A DNA stretch of 64,000 nt from a virus: positions 3,941 to 67,940 of IMG/VR virus record IMGVR_UViG_3300025647_000030. One strand, 5' to 3'. The notes under the pieces are model-generated. The model made no database searches. It worked only from the letters and a program-made list of their open reading frames with translations, and had not been told where the DNA came from. Positions 40,087 to 48,148 of this stretch are shown piece after piece (position 1 is the first letter of the stretch; each line of letters begins with the position of its first letter). The position numbers were made by a program, and so were the translations under genes.

Positions 40087-41909
40087 TGTTTGAGTTTAGT
40101 AAAAATGGCGGTATGATCGGAGCGACTCTAGATTATACCGATACGGACACTTACTTCATTTCAACTGGAGGAATTCCTCTTGGTGAAGTTGAATTCACAA
40201 CTGCTGGCGCAACTACTTGGACTGTTCCAACTGATGTATCACTGATTTACGTTCTCTGTGTTGGTGGAGGCGGAGGTGGAGGCGGTTGTAATGGAGTAAA
40301 CAACACTGGTCCAGGTGGGGGCGGTGGCGGCGCGCTACGATACGTCAATGCTATTCCTGTAACTTCTGGAGAAACTCTAGATGTTGTAGTTGGTGCTGGT
40401 GGTACAGGCGGTAGCGTGACTCCCACGGCCGGCACCGCCGGCGGCACAAGCTCACTAGCAAGAGGCGGTACAATACTTTGCAGTGCCGCCGGTGGTCAAG
40501 GTGGTGATGCGGGTGTTGCAAACGCACAAGGCGGTGCAGGCGGTTCAACGGGAACTGGTACTGGTGGAAACGGTGGTGCTGGCGGAGTTGGTGGTGCTAA
40601 CGCCGCAGGCGGTGCTGGCGGTGGAGCAGGCGGTTATTCAGGCAATGGCGGAGTTGGTAGTGCAGGGAATAGTTCTGGCACAAGTACCGCAGGAACTGGT
40701 GGCGCTGGGGGTGGTGGTGGTTCAGTCACAGCAGGTTCAGCAGGCGGTGGTGGTGTAGGACTTCAAGGCGAAGGCGCATCTGGTCTTTCTGTTGGAGGTT
40801 CACCCGCAGGTGGTCAAGGCGGATCAGGCGGTACAAGCGCAATATCTTCACCCAACACTTCAGGTGGATTATATGGCGGCGGTGGTGGTACTATCGAAGA
40901 TGATACTACTGGCGCAGGTTCAAATGGCGGTGTTGGCGCAGTAAGAATTATTTGGGGCGGTGATAGAGCATATCCTGCAACTAATACTGCCGATGGTCAA
41001 GGAACTGGAACTGGTTTAACTCCGGGAAATAAAAAGAATTCAGGCGTATGGGATATTGTTGCACACGATGATGCAACTTATATTTCTGCTGTTGCCGCTC
41101 TTCCTGGACAAGTTGCATTCACAACACCCACAACCGGAAGTTGGACTGTTCCTTCAAATGTTACATCTATCTCTGTTGTCTGTATAGGCGGTGGGGGTGG
41201 TGCTTCTGGATGTGACGGTTCTGGCACCGCGTCCGGCGGTGGTGGCGGTGGTGGCGGCCTTGGGTATGCTACTGTAGCAGTGACTTCAGGTGAATCTCTT
41301 TCTTATACTGTTGGTGCCGGTGGAACGGGTGGCGCTGGAACCGCAAACGGTGGAAATGGCGGTGACACAACACTATCAAGAGGCGCTACTGTTCTTGTTT
41401 CAGGTCTTGGTGGAACTGGTGGTCAGTCACTTGGTGATAATTCAACAACATTTGCAGGCGGTTCTTTCACTGGAGATGGTGGCGGTAATGGCGGCTCAGG
41501 CGGTGCATCGAATAACAACCAAGGCGGCGGCGGTGGTGGCGGTGCAGGTGGTTACTCAGGAATCGGTGGTAATGGTGGTACAACAAACACAGGTGTCGGC
41601 GCAGACGGTGCTGGAGGCGCCGGCGGCGGTGGTGGTGGTCAATCGACTGGTGGTACACAAAACAATGGCGGGGGCGGTGTCGGAATTTTAGGCGAAGGTG
41701 CATCTGGAACTGGCGGTGGAGTAAACAATCCCGGAACTGGCGGTTCTGGCGGAACAACGGGTTCTACTAACGGTGGTGTTTATGGAGCTGGTGGTGGCGG
41801 AGCAGAAGATGATACTAACGCTTCTGGTGGTAACGGTGGCGATGGCGCAATAAGAATCATTTGGGGTGATGTTAGATCATATCCTTCAACTAATACGGCA
41901 GATGTATAA
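40086..41909 (+). CDS. Glycine-rich domain protein (two copies), probable adhesin/fibre tip
   Basis: Two domains each FTT....WTVP..V..I.V.C(V/I)GGGGG...YG.GGG..EDDT...G..GA(V/I)RIIWG..R.YP.TNTAD. Confidence 0.82.
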   Translation: MFEFSKNGGMIGATLDYTDTDTYFISTGGIPLGEVEFTTAGATTWTVPTDVSLIYVLCVGGGGGGGGCNGVNNTGPGGGGGGALRYVNAIPVTSGETLDVVVGAGGTGGSVTPTAGTAGGTSSLARGGTILCSAAGGQGGDAGVANAQGGAGGSTGTGTGGNGGAGGVGGANAAGGAGGGAGGYSGNGGVGSAGNSSGTSTAGTGGAGGGGGSVTAGSAGGGGVGLQGEGASGLSVGGSPAGGQGGSGGTSAISSPNTSGGLYGGGGGTIEDDTTGAGSNGGVGAVRIIWGGDRAYPATNTADGQGTGTGLTPGNKKNSGVWDIVAHDDATYISAVAALPGQVAFTTPTTGSWTVPSNVTSISVVCIGGGGGASGCDGSGTASGGGGGGGGLGYATVAVTSGESLSYTVGAGGTGGAGTANGGNGGDTTLSRGATVLVSGLGGTGGQSLGDNSTTFAGGSFTGDGGGNGGSGGASNNNQGGGGGGGAGGYSGIGGNGGTTNTGVGADGAGGAGGGGGGQSTGGTQNNGGGGVGILGEGASGTGGGVNNPGTGGSGGTTGSTNGGVYGAGGGGAEDDTNASGGNGGDGAIRIIWGDVRSYPSTNTADV

Positions 41910-42646
41910 TGACAGTAAAAAGTAGATTTGGTAGTTATTTAAGAGGTAGATATTTCATTTATGCACTTTGGAATAATATTAAGTCTCCATCATCTGTTGT
42001 GACAAGTGGATATTCTGATATTACAACATTTGATTACGGACAGGCACAAGGTCAATACGATTTGACTTCCACAACACAATTTCCACACACGAAATATGTT
42101 CCGCCCGTTTACAATCTAGGATTCACTCCTTCATTGTTAAATGTATCGGGACAACTAGATGCTTGGACTCAGCAAACTGTGGATATTTCTGGTTATGCAG
42201 GTGCGACTGTGCAATTAGTATTTCATTATGTGAACACTGGCGGAGCATATACAAGTGACATGCAACTAGATCAGATTGATTTGGATGGAAATATATATTC
42301 ATTTGAAAATACCACACACAATTTTGAAACAAGCGTTACTGGAGATAATCAGTCAGTATATGCAAACGTTACTTGGGAACCTGTGGCAATACAACAAGAT
42401 TCGAGATCACAGTGGCAAGTAGATAGTGGCGGAACACCATCTGGTGGTACTGGAAGAACTGATGCCGCAGCCGGAACATGGTACATTTACACAGAAATGT
42501 CCGGAGAAGGTGCTACTGTAAACTTTAATACTTGGTTGCGAAGTCCACAAGTAACATTGTCATCAAATCCAACACTAACATTCTTTGAAGCAAGATTAGG
42601 CGCTTCAATTGGTTCATTAAATATTCATTTAGATGTAATTGCGTAA
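41909..42646 (+). CDS. Hypothetical virion protein with MAM-like beta-sandwich
   Basis: WQVDSGGTPSGGTGRTDAAAGTWYIYTEMSG...WLRSP and WTQQTVDISGY...SDMQLDQIDL resemble MAM-domain motifs. Confidence 0.55.
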   Translation: MTVKSRFGSYLRGRYFIYALWNNIKSPSSVVTSGYSDITTFDYGQAQGQYDLTSTTQFPHTKYVPPVYNLGFTPSLLNVSGQLDAWTQQTVDISGYAGATVQLVFHYVNTGGAYTSDMQLDQIDLDGNIYSFENTTHNFETSVTGDNQSVYANVTWEPVAIQQDSRSQWQVDSGGTPSGGTGRTDAAAGTWYIYTEMSGEGATVNFNTWLRSPQVTLSSNPTLTFFEARLGASIGSLNIHLDVIA

Positions 42647-42656
42647 AGAGGATAAT

Positions 42657-43466
42657 ATGTTATATTCATTTAAGGGTGCTTACCCAACACAATTGCCAAA
42701 TAAAATTACTTTGAGTAATGGCAAAACAAGAACAGACAATACGACATTCACTGATGAAGAAATTGCTGACGCAGGATGGATTGTTGTTTCAAATCCTCCT
42801 ACTTTTTCATATCCGAATAAACTTGATTGGGATGGAACTGATTGGGTGGTTCGGTCACCAAACTCTTCTGAAACTGCAATAAAAATTCAACAGGTACGAG
42901 ATTGGTGCGGTAGAGAACTTACAAGAACTGACTATAAGATCATTAAGTCAGTCGAAACTGGTTACGTTATAGATGATGCATATCACATATTCAGAGAAGA
43001 AGTAAGAACATTATATGATCAAGCAATGCAATTAAACTTTGATCCTTGGAATGTTTCTTTTCCTAAACTTTTGATAGATGATGAAAATGAAGTCAACATG
43101 GCAATTAAACAAGTTATTGCTGATCGTTATCAGAAAGAAATCTCTGGAACAGAATGGGTGGATACAAATAACGGATATACTCTATTGCTTGATACAGACC
43201 GTGATAGTCAGAATAAATATTCAGCAATACTATCAGCAATTCAATCTGGCCTTAGAACAACTGACGAAACTTGGAAATGTAGAAAGGTTTCCGGAAATGT
43301 AACTGAAGTTTTATATCGAAACACAACAAACGCAGAGTTGATTGAGTGGTCGGGATACGTTTTGTCACATGTTCAAAGGTGTTTTGATGCAGAAGCAAAT
43401 GCTATTACTAAGATTGAAGCTGGAGATTTGACTGCTACGTTTGAAACTGAATTTGCTCTGTTATAA
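42657..43466 (+). CDS. Fibre assembly chaperone-like protein with C-terminal DUF4376-like domain
   Basis: GAGG RBS then ATG 42657; TFTDEEIADAGW; ELTRTDYKIIK; RYQKEISG...LDTDRDSQNK...HVQRCFDAE. Confidence 0.68.
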   Translation: MLYSFKGAYPTQLPNKITLSNGKTRTDNTTFTDEEIADAGWIVVSNPPTFSYPNKLDWDGTDWVVRSPNSSETAIKIQQVRDWCGRELTRTDYKIIKSVETGYVIDDAYHIFREEVRTLYDQAMQLNFDPWNVSFPKLLIDDENEVNMAIKQVIADRYQKEISGTEWVDTNNGYTLLLDTDRDSQNKYSAILSAIQSGLRTTDETWKCRKVSGNVTEVLYRNTTNAELIEWSGYVLSHVQRCFDAEANAITKIEAGDLTATFETEFALL

Positions 43467-43469
43467 ATA
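43462..43469 (+). promoter_or_regulatory. Late promoter
   Basis: TATAAATA upstream of the 43500 ORF with AAGGAG RBS. Confidence 0.7.
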
Positions 43470-43499
43470 CATAAATAATAGTTGAAAAGGAGATATATT

Positions 43500-43652
43500 A
43501 TGAACTTAAAATTAGAGCTTTCTGTTGAAAATATTAATATTATTTTAACTTCTTTGGGCAATATGCCATATAACAAAGTAGCGGAATTAATAAATAATAT
43601 AACTGTTCAATCAAAAAATCAGATTGAAAATGAAGAAAAAGTAAAAAAATAA
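43500..43652 (+). CDS. 50-aa small phage protein (not in the ORF track)
   Basis: Late promoter 43462-43469, AAGGAG RBS; MNLKLELSVENINIILTSLGNMPYNKVAELINNITVQSKNQIENEEKVKK. Confidence 0.8.
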   Translation: MNLKLELSVENINIILTSLGNMPYNKVAELINNITVQSKNQIENEEKVKK

Positions 43653-43691
43653 ATACTTATTAGAGACTCTTCTTCATTTTTAGTCTATAAA

Positions 43692-44063
43692 ATGAGATTA
43701 GAAATGCAAGAAGAAGAAAATAAAAATACATTGATATTGGGTAAACCAATGGGTGATTGGATCTATTGGTTTATTGCTTGTATGATAGCATTCTCAACTT
43801 ATTATGTGAGTAGTCAGGTTAGCCCACTTGCATCTGATATAGAAAAAATTGAGAAAAATATTTTAAGTATTGAGTCTAAAATACAAGAAGATAAAATTAA
43901 TATGGAAAGATTATTGCAAAAAATTATTGCTATTACCAATGAACATGAACGGATTAAGTCGGAATTGAAAACTAAAGTTACTAAAGAAAGATTGGAAATA
44001 GAATTACAACATATAAACCGAGATATTGATTATGTTAAATCCGAGCATCATATACAAAAATAA
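43692..44063 (+). CDS. Single-TM membrane protein with coiled coil (possible lysis component)
   Basis: Hydrophobic WIYWFIACMIAFSTYYV followed by a heptad-rich region. Confidence 0.6.
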   Translation: MRLEMQEEENKNTLILGKPMGDWIYWFIACMIAFSTYYVSSQVSPLASDIEKIEKNILSIESKIQEDKINMERLLQKIIAITNEHERIKSELKTKVTKERLEIELQHINRDIDYVKSEHHIQK

Positions 44064-44064
44064 T

Positions 44065-44484
44065 ATGTTTAAGCAGTGTAATATACATATATCAAATAAG
44101 TTAGCATATACACTTATGCTAATTGTTTTTTCTATTTTTATGGGAGAAGCATTCCATGATATAGAAAGGGCTTCTATGTTATCCGGACAATTAGTTACAA
44201 TTGTTTCATTAATAATAGGACCGAAGATTTTATGGACCGCATATAAACAAAAACAACTTATACTTGGTCTAACTGTAATCTTCATTTGGATAGCAAATAT
44301 AGCATTCTCACTACAATTAACTTTAGAACCTATTGAAGATATGTTATTTGATATTGCAACATTTCTAACTATGATCGTTTTACTTAGATATTCAACGGAA
44401 ATAGTCGATCCAAAAACAAGAAAAATAAATAGAAGAAAAAATGAAGGTAATATTTACTGTCAAAAATGCGGTAAAAAAAATTAA
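44065..44484 (+). CDS. Multi-TM membrane protein (holin candidate)
   Basis: ATG 44065; about four hydrophobic segments and a basic C-tail ending RRK...YCQKCGKKN. Confidence 0.55.
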   Translation: MFKQCNIHISNKLAYTLMLIVFSIFMGEAFHDIERASMLSGQLVTIVSLIIGPKILWTAYKQKQLILGLTVIFIWIANIAFSLQLTLEPIEDMLFDIATFLTMIVLLRYSTEIVDPKTRKINRRKNEGNIYCQKCGKKN

Positions 44485-44499
44485 ACAGGATTAAATAAA

Positions 44500-45297
44500 A
44501 TGCCAGTATCAAGTAGAAATGAGTTAATAGAATATTGTTTAAGAAAACTTGGACACCCTGTTACAGAAATAAACGTTGATGTTGATCAAATAGAAGATAG
44601 AATTGACGATGCATTTGAATTTTATCAAGATTACCATTATGACGCAACAGAGCATAATTTTTATGCACATCTATTAACAGCACAAAATATACAAGATAAA
44701 TATATTACTGTACCGGAAGAATTAATTTTTGTTAAACAAGTATTAGCAATTGAGGGCTTCAATAATATATATAAATCAATGGGCGATAATGTCGCATTGA
44801 TGAATAACCCATTTGCAGTAATCAATACAAGTGCTAAACCTGTTGGATTTGCTGGTAATAATGAACAACTTGGTAGGAATAATAGTATTTCTGATTATTT
44901 TCTAACAATGTCATCATTAGAGCAAATGCGAAATGTATTAGGTTCAACATCCGAGATACCAATAAGATTTAACAGACATACAAATAGAATATATTTTGAT
45001 AGTGAAGTTCAAGATGTAATTTCAGAAGGTCAATATATATTATTTGAAGGATGGATTATCGTTGATCCAGAAACATTTAATGATGTATATAATGATAGAT
45101 GGTTAAAAAGATACGCAACATCATTAATAAAACAACAATGGGGTATTAATTTATCCAAATATTCTGGAATACAATTGCCGGGTGGTGTTACATTGGATGG
45201 CGATAAAATTTATGAACAAGCATCAACAGAAATAGAAAAACTTGAGGAAGAAATGCAACTCAAATATGAACTACCAGTTAATTTTATTTCTGGATAA
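44500..45297 (+). CDS. gp13: Neck protein gp13
   Basis: ELIEYCLRKLGHPVTEINVD.DQIEDRIDDA; YNDRWLKRYATSLIKQQWG.NLSKY.GIQLPGGVTLDG. Confidence 0.95.
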   Translation: MPVSSRNELIEYCLRKLGHPVTEINVDVDQIEDRIDDAFEFYQDYHYDATEHNFYAHLLTAQNIQDKYITVPEELIFVKQVLAIEGFNNIYKSMGDNVALMNNPFAVINTSAKPVGFAGNNEQLGRNNSISDYFLTMSSLEQMRNVLGSTSEIPIRFNRHTNRIYFDSEVQDVISEGQYILFEGWIIVDPETFNDVYNDRWLKRYATSLIKQQWGINLSKYSGIQLPGGVTLDGDKIYEQASTEIEKLEEEMQLKYELPVNFISG

Positions 45298-45327
45298 ATA
45301 ATTAAAATAAACTATTAGGAGAAAAAA

Positions 45328-45825
45328 ATGGCAACAAATTTCTTAAATGCTACTGGTGTTGATCAGTGGGTTAATGAATTAAAAACAATTATGGCAACAG
45401 AGCCAGCCGATGATACTGCGCTTCTTGCCGCAATGGATACCTATTTTGATGGTATTTCATTCAGAAAGAAAATCTATCAGCAGGTATTGGGTTCTTTTAA
45501 AAGAGAAGTCGGTCTTGGTGGCGGTAAAATTGGCGGCACCATTACAATTACAGACGGTGGTACCGGCTATTCAGTAGGCGATATTATGTCTGTTTCTGGT
45601 GCTACTAGCGGTGTTGGTGGTACTGTTAAAGTAACTTCCGTAACAGGTGGTGTTATTGATGGTATTGAAGTTTTAACTGCCGGTAACAATTATGTTGGTG
45701 CATTGACAATTAATGTTGGTGATGCTGGTAATGCTGACGCCGTTCTTGTTATGGATGATGCAGCCACTTATGAAGATGAATCTGTTGTTGATGCTACTAT
45801 TGCTACAGTAAACGCATTAGCGTAA
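45328..45825 (+). CDS. Hypothetical, probably structural protein
   Basis: TAGGAGA RBS; helical N-terminus plus an ITDGGTGYSVGD...GGVIDGIEVLTAGNNY beta module. Confidence 0.75.
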   Translation: MATNFLNATGVDQWVNELKTIMATEPADDTALLAAMDTYFDGISFRKKIYQQVLGSFKREVGLGGGKIGGTITITDGGTGYSVGDIMSVSGATSGVGGTVKVTSVTGGVIDGIEVLTAGNNYVGALTINVGDAGNADAVLVMDDAATYEDESVVDATIATVNALA

Positions 45826-45831
45826 AAATAA

Positions 45832-46452
45832 ATGGCCGTTAATCTATATTTTGATCATAACTACAATAAATCTGAACAAAGTTTAATAGAAGATTTAACC
45901 ATAGAAGCCATAAAAATGCATGGCATGGATGTAGTTTATATTCCTAGAAGTTCAATTTCTAGGGATGATATTCTTGGTGAAGATATTATTGCAAAGTTTG
46001 AAAACTCGGAAATGATTGAAATGTATTTAGAAACGGTCGATGGCTTTGAAAATCAAGGTGATTTATTAGCCAAATTTGGACTACAAATAAAAGATAATGC
46101 TACATTTGTAGTTTCTAAAAAAAGATATGAGGAAGTTATGATCGGATCATCAAGACCTTATGAAGGCGATCTGATCTACTTCCCATTATCTTCCTCTTTA
46201 TTTGAGATTAATTTTGTTGAACATGAAAATCCTTTTTATAATTTAGGTAAATTACATACGTATAAATTAACGTGTGAATTATTTACATATAATAATGAAG
46301 AATTTAATACCGGTCATGTGGATATAGATCGCGTAGAGGATGATCATTCCAATGATGTAATACTATCTATTAATGATAATGATATTATGGAACAAGAAGC
46401 AACCAATACTGTTGTTGATTATACGGAATCCAATCCCTTTGGTGAATTTTAA
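45832..46452 (+). CDS. gp14: Neck protein gp14
   Basis: EQSLIEDL..EAIKMHG.DVVYIPR; KFGLQIKD; RPYEGDLIYFP...LFEINFVEHENPFY.LGK; NPFGEF. Confidence 0.95.
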   Translation: MAVNLYFDHNYNKSEQSLIEDLTIEAIKMHGMDVVYIPRSSISRDDILGEDIIAKFENSEMIEMYLETVDGFENQGDLLAKFGLQIKDNATFVVSKKRYEEVMIGSSRPYEGDLIYFPLSSSLFEINFVEHENPFYNLGKLHTYKLTCELFTYNNEEFNTGHVDIDRVEDDHSNDVILSINDNDIMEQEATNTVVDYTESNPFGEF

Positions 46453-47174
46453 TGTTAGTAACATCTCCATTTTATTATAATACTTTACGAAATACCAGTG
46501 TTGCGTTTGGTAATCTTTTCAATGAAATTTATATTGAACAGAATGGTGTTAATATAAAAGTACCACTACAATATCTTTCCAAAGAAAAATTTGTTACTAG
46601 AACTCTATATAGACCAGACTTGTCTGATGAATCTGTTAAGGTTGAAACAACATTACCTGCTATGGGATTCGAATTAACCGATATACAATATGATTCACAA
46701 AGAAAATTAAACAAAATGAATAAAATCCAAAATGAAGAAAATTCAATGTTTAATCGGGTTCCATATGTTGCTAATTTTGTACTATATATTGCTACAAGGA
46801 AAATGGATGAATCATTTAGAATTGTTGAACAGATATTACCTTATTTTACACCGGAGTTAATTGTTAAAGTTAAGGATAAATCCGATTTCAATATTTCCAG
46901 TAATATTCCTTTTACATTAAGTGGTACTGATATGGAAGTTATTTCTGATGGTGATTTTGAAGAAAGAAGAAGTATATTATGGACATTAAGTTTTAATTGT
47001 AAAATATACTTCTATCCAGATATAAAGAATTCCAGTGTTATTAGAAGAACCGATGTAACCATACTAAATGGAAATACCGATACTCCATTAGAACAGGTAT
47101 TAACGGAAGTTGATCCTTTTGATTCTTTATCAACAGATGATTATGGTATAAATACACAAATAAATGATTTATAA
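46452..47174 (+). CDS. gp15: Tail sheath stabilizer/terminator gp15
   Basis: FYYNTLR...VAFGNLFNEI; KVPLQY..KEKF; LPAMGFE...YDSQRKLN; IVEQILPYFTP. Confidence 0.93.
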   Translation: MLVTSPFYYNTLRNTSVAFGNLFNEIYIEQNGVNIKVPLQYLSKEKFVTRTLYRPDLSDESVKVETTLPAMGFELTDIQYDSQRKLNKMNKIQNEENSMFNRVPYVANFVLYIATRKMDESFRIVEQILPYFTPELIVKVKDKSDFNISSNIPFTLSGTDMEVISDGDFEERRSILWTLSFNCKIYFYPDIKNSSVIRRTDVTILNGNTDTPLEQVLTEVDPFDSLSTDDYGINTQINDL

Positions 47175-47240
47175 ATTCTTGCGAAGCAAGAATACTCCGT
47201 GTTCCACTCCGTTCCTAATTTATTAAGTTCCTAATAAATT
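47170..47240 (-). ncRNA. Predicted ~70-nt antisense small RNA with two hairpins and five GGA motifs
   Basis: Lies downstream of a minus-strand sigma70 promoter; the predicted +1 (47240) coincides with the first base of a 9-bp hairpin (47217-47240). Expression is unverified. Confidence 0.4.
47175..47193. other. Hairpin ATTCTTGC-GAA-GCAAGAAT (contains GCGAAGC)
   Basis: Perfect 8-bp inverted repeat immediately after the gp15 stop. Confidence 0.8.
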
Positions 47241-47246
47241 GGATTT

Positions 47247-47275
47247 ATTATACCATATTTTTATCGTTCCGTCAA
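47247..47275 (-). promoter_or_regulatory. sigma70-type promoter, minus strand
   Basis: TTGACG-17 nt-TATAAT with extended -10 TG. Confidence 0.75.
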
Positions 47276-47276
47276 G

Positions 47277-47284
47277 TATAAATA
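47277..47284 (+). promoter_or_regulatory. T4-type late promoter for gp16
   Basis: TATAAATA 21 nt upstream of the gp16 ATG. Confidence 0.8.
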
Positions 47285-47305
47285 TACATAAAAAGTGATA
47301 ATATT

Positions 47306-47734
47306 ATGGATACAGAAAAACAACTTGACCCAATTTCAGAATTTGTAGGAACCGAAACTGGTTTTGAACATTCAATTATTCCAGTAAAGAATAATACACC
47401 AATTATTCATTCCGATCAAGTAGCCGAAAACGCTAAATCCGACTACGAGCAAGCTAGAGAATCGATGAAACACACAATTGATATTGGCACCAATATTTTG
47501 GAGAATTTGGCTAAGGTTGCTGAAGAATCTGAATCACCTAGAGCATACGAGGTTCTAGCAAATACACTTAAAACAATTACTGATATGAATAAATCACTTA
47601 TGGATTTACATCGTGACGCTCAAGATATAATGAACCAGAAACCTAAAGATTCTCCGGAGACCGTCAATAATACACAATTTATATTTAATGGTTCTACTGA
47701 AGAATTACAAAAATTATTAATGGAGAAAAAATGA
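47306..47734 (+). CDS. gp16: Terminase small subunit gp16
   Basis: DYEQARES...LAKVAEESESPRAYEVLA; NNTQFIFNGSTEELQKLL. Confidence 0.93.
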   Translation: MDTEKQLDPISEFVGTETGFEHSIIPVKNNTPIIHSDQVAENAKSDYEQARESMKHTIDIGTNILENLAKVAEESESPRAYEVLANTLKTITDMNKSLMDLHRDAQDIMNQKPKDSPETVNNTQFIFNGSTEELQKLLMEKK

Positions 47735-48147
47735 ATAAAGAAGATTTTATTGAAATGTTAAAACGACATGAGGGAGTTGAATTTAAAGTGTATAAGGATT
47801 CATTAGGAATTGAAACGATTGGTGTTGGTAGAAATCTAGTTGATCGTGGTTTATCTATGGATGAGGTTGAATATCTTTTAAATAACGATATTGAATATTT
47901 TTCTTCAGTTTTAATTAATAAATTTCCTATTGCAAATGAACTCTCATCCGAAAGATATTATGTACTTTTGAACATGATTTTTAATATGGGTCCTAGTAGA
48001 CTTTCTGGTTTTAAAAAGATGTGGTCTGCTATAGAACAGCATGATTATACAAAAGCATCAATTGAAATGCTTGATTCGAAATGGGCTAAACAGGTAGGTC
48101 GTCGTGCTATTGAGTTAAGCGATATTATGAGAACCGGTAAAAAATAA
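47731..48147 (+). CDS. Lysozyme/endolysin (GH24, T4-lysozyme-like)
   Basis: HEGVEFKVYKDSLGIETIGVGRNL gives the E-x8-D-x5-T triad; NMIFNMG...FKKM...EMLDSKWAKQVGRRA. Confidence 0.9.
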   Translation: MNKEDFIEMLKRHEGVEFKVYKDSLGIETIGVGRNLVDRGLSMDEVEYLLNNDIEYFSSVLINKFPIANELSSERYYVLLNMIFNMGPSRLSGFKKMWSAIEQHDYTKASIEMLDSKWAKQVGRRAIELSDIMRTGKK

Positions 48148-48148
48148 T

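Noticed and set aside
40250-41850. (GGT/GGC)n microsatellites as phase-variation tracts
   Set aside because: They are mixed Gly codons encoding polyglycine, not pure slippage tracts.
27323-43466. Diversity-generating retroelement acting on fibre genes
   Set aside because: No reverse transcriptase in the window and no TR/VR pair with adenine-specific differences recognised. The 81-bp repeat has only two mismatches and both copies are in the same ORF.
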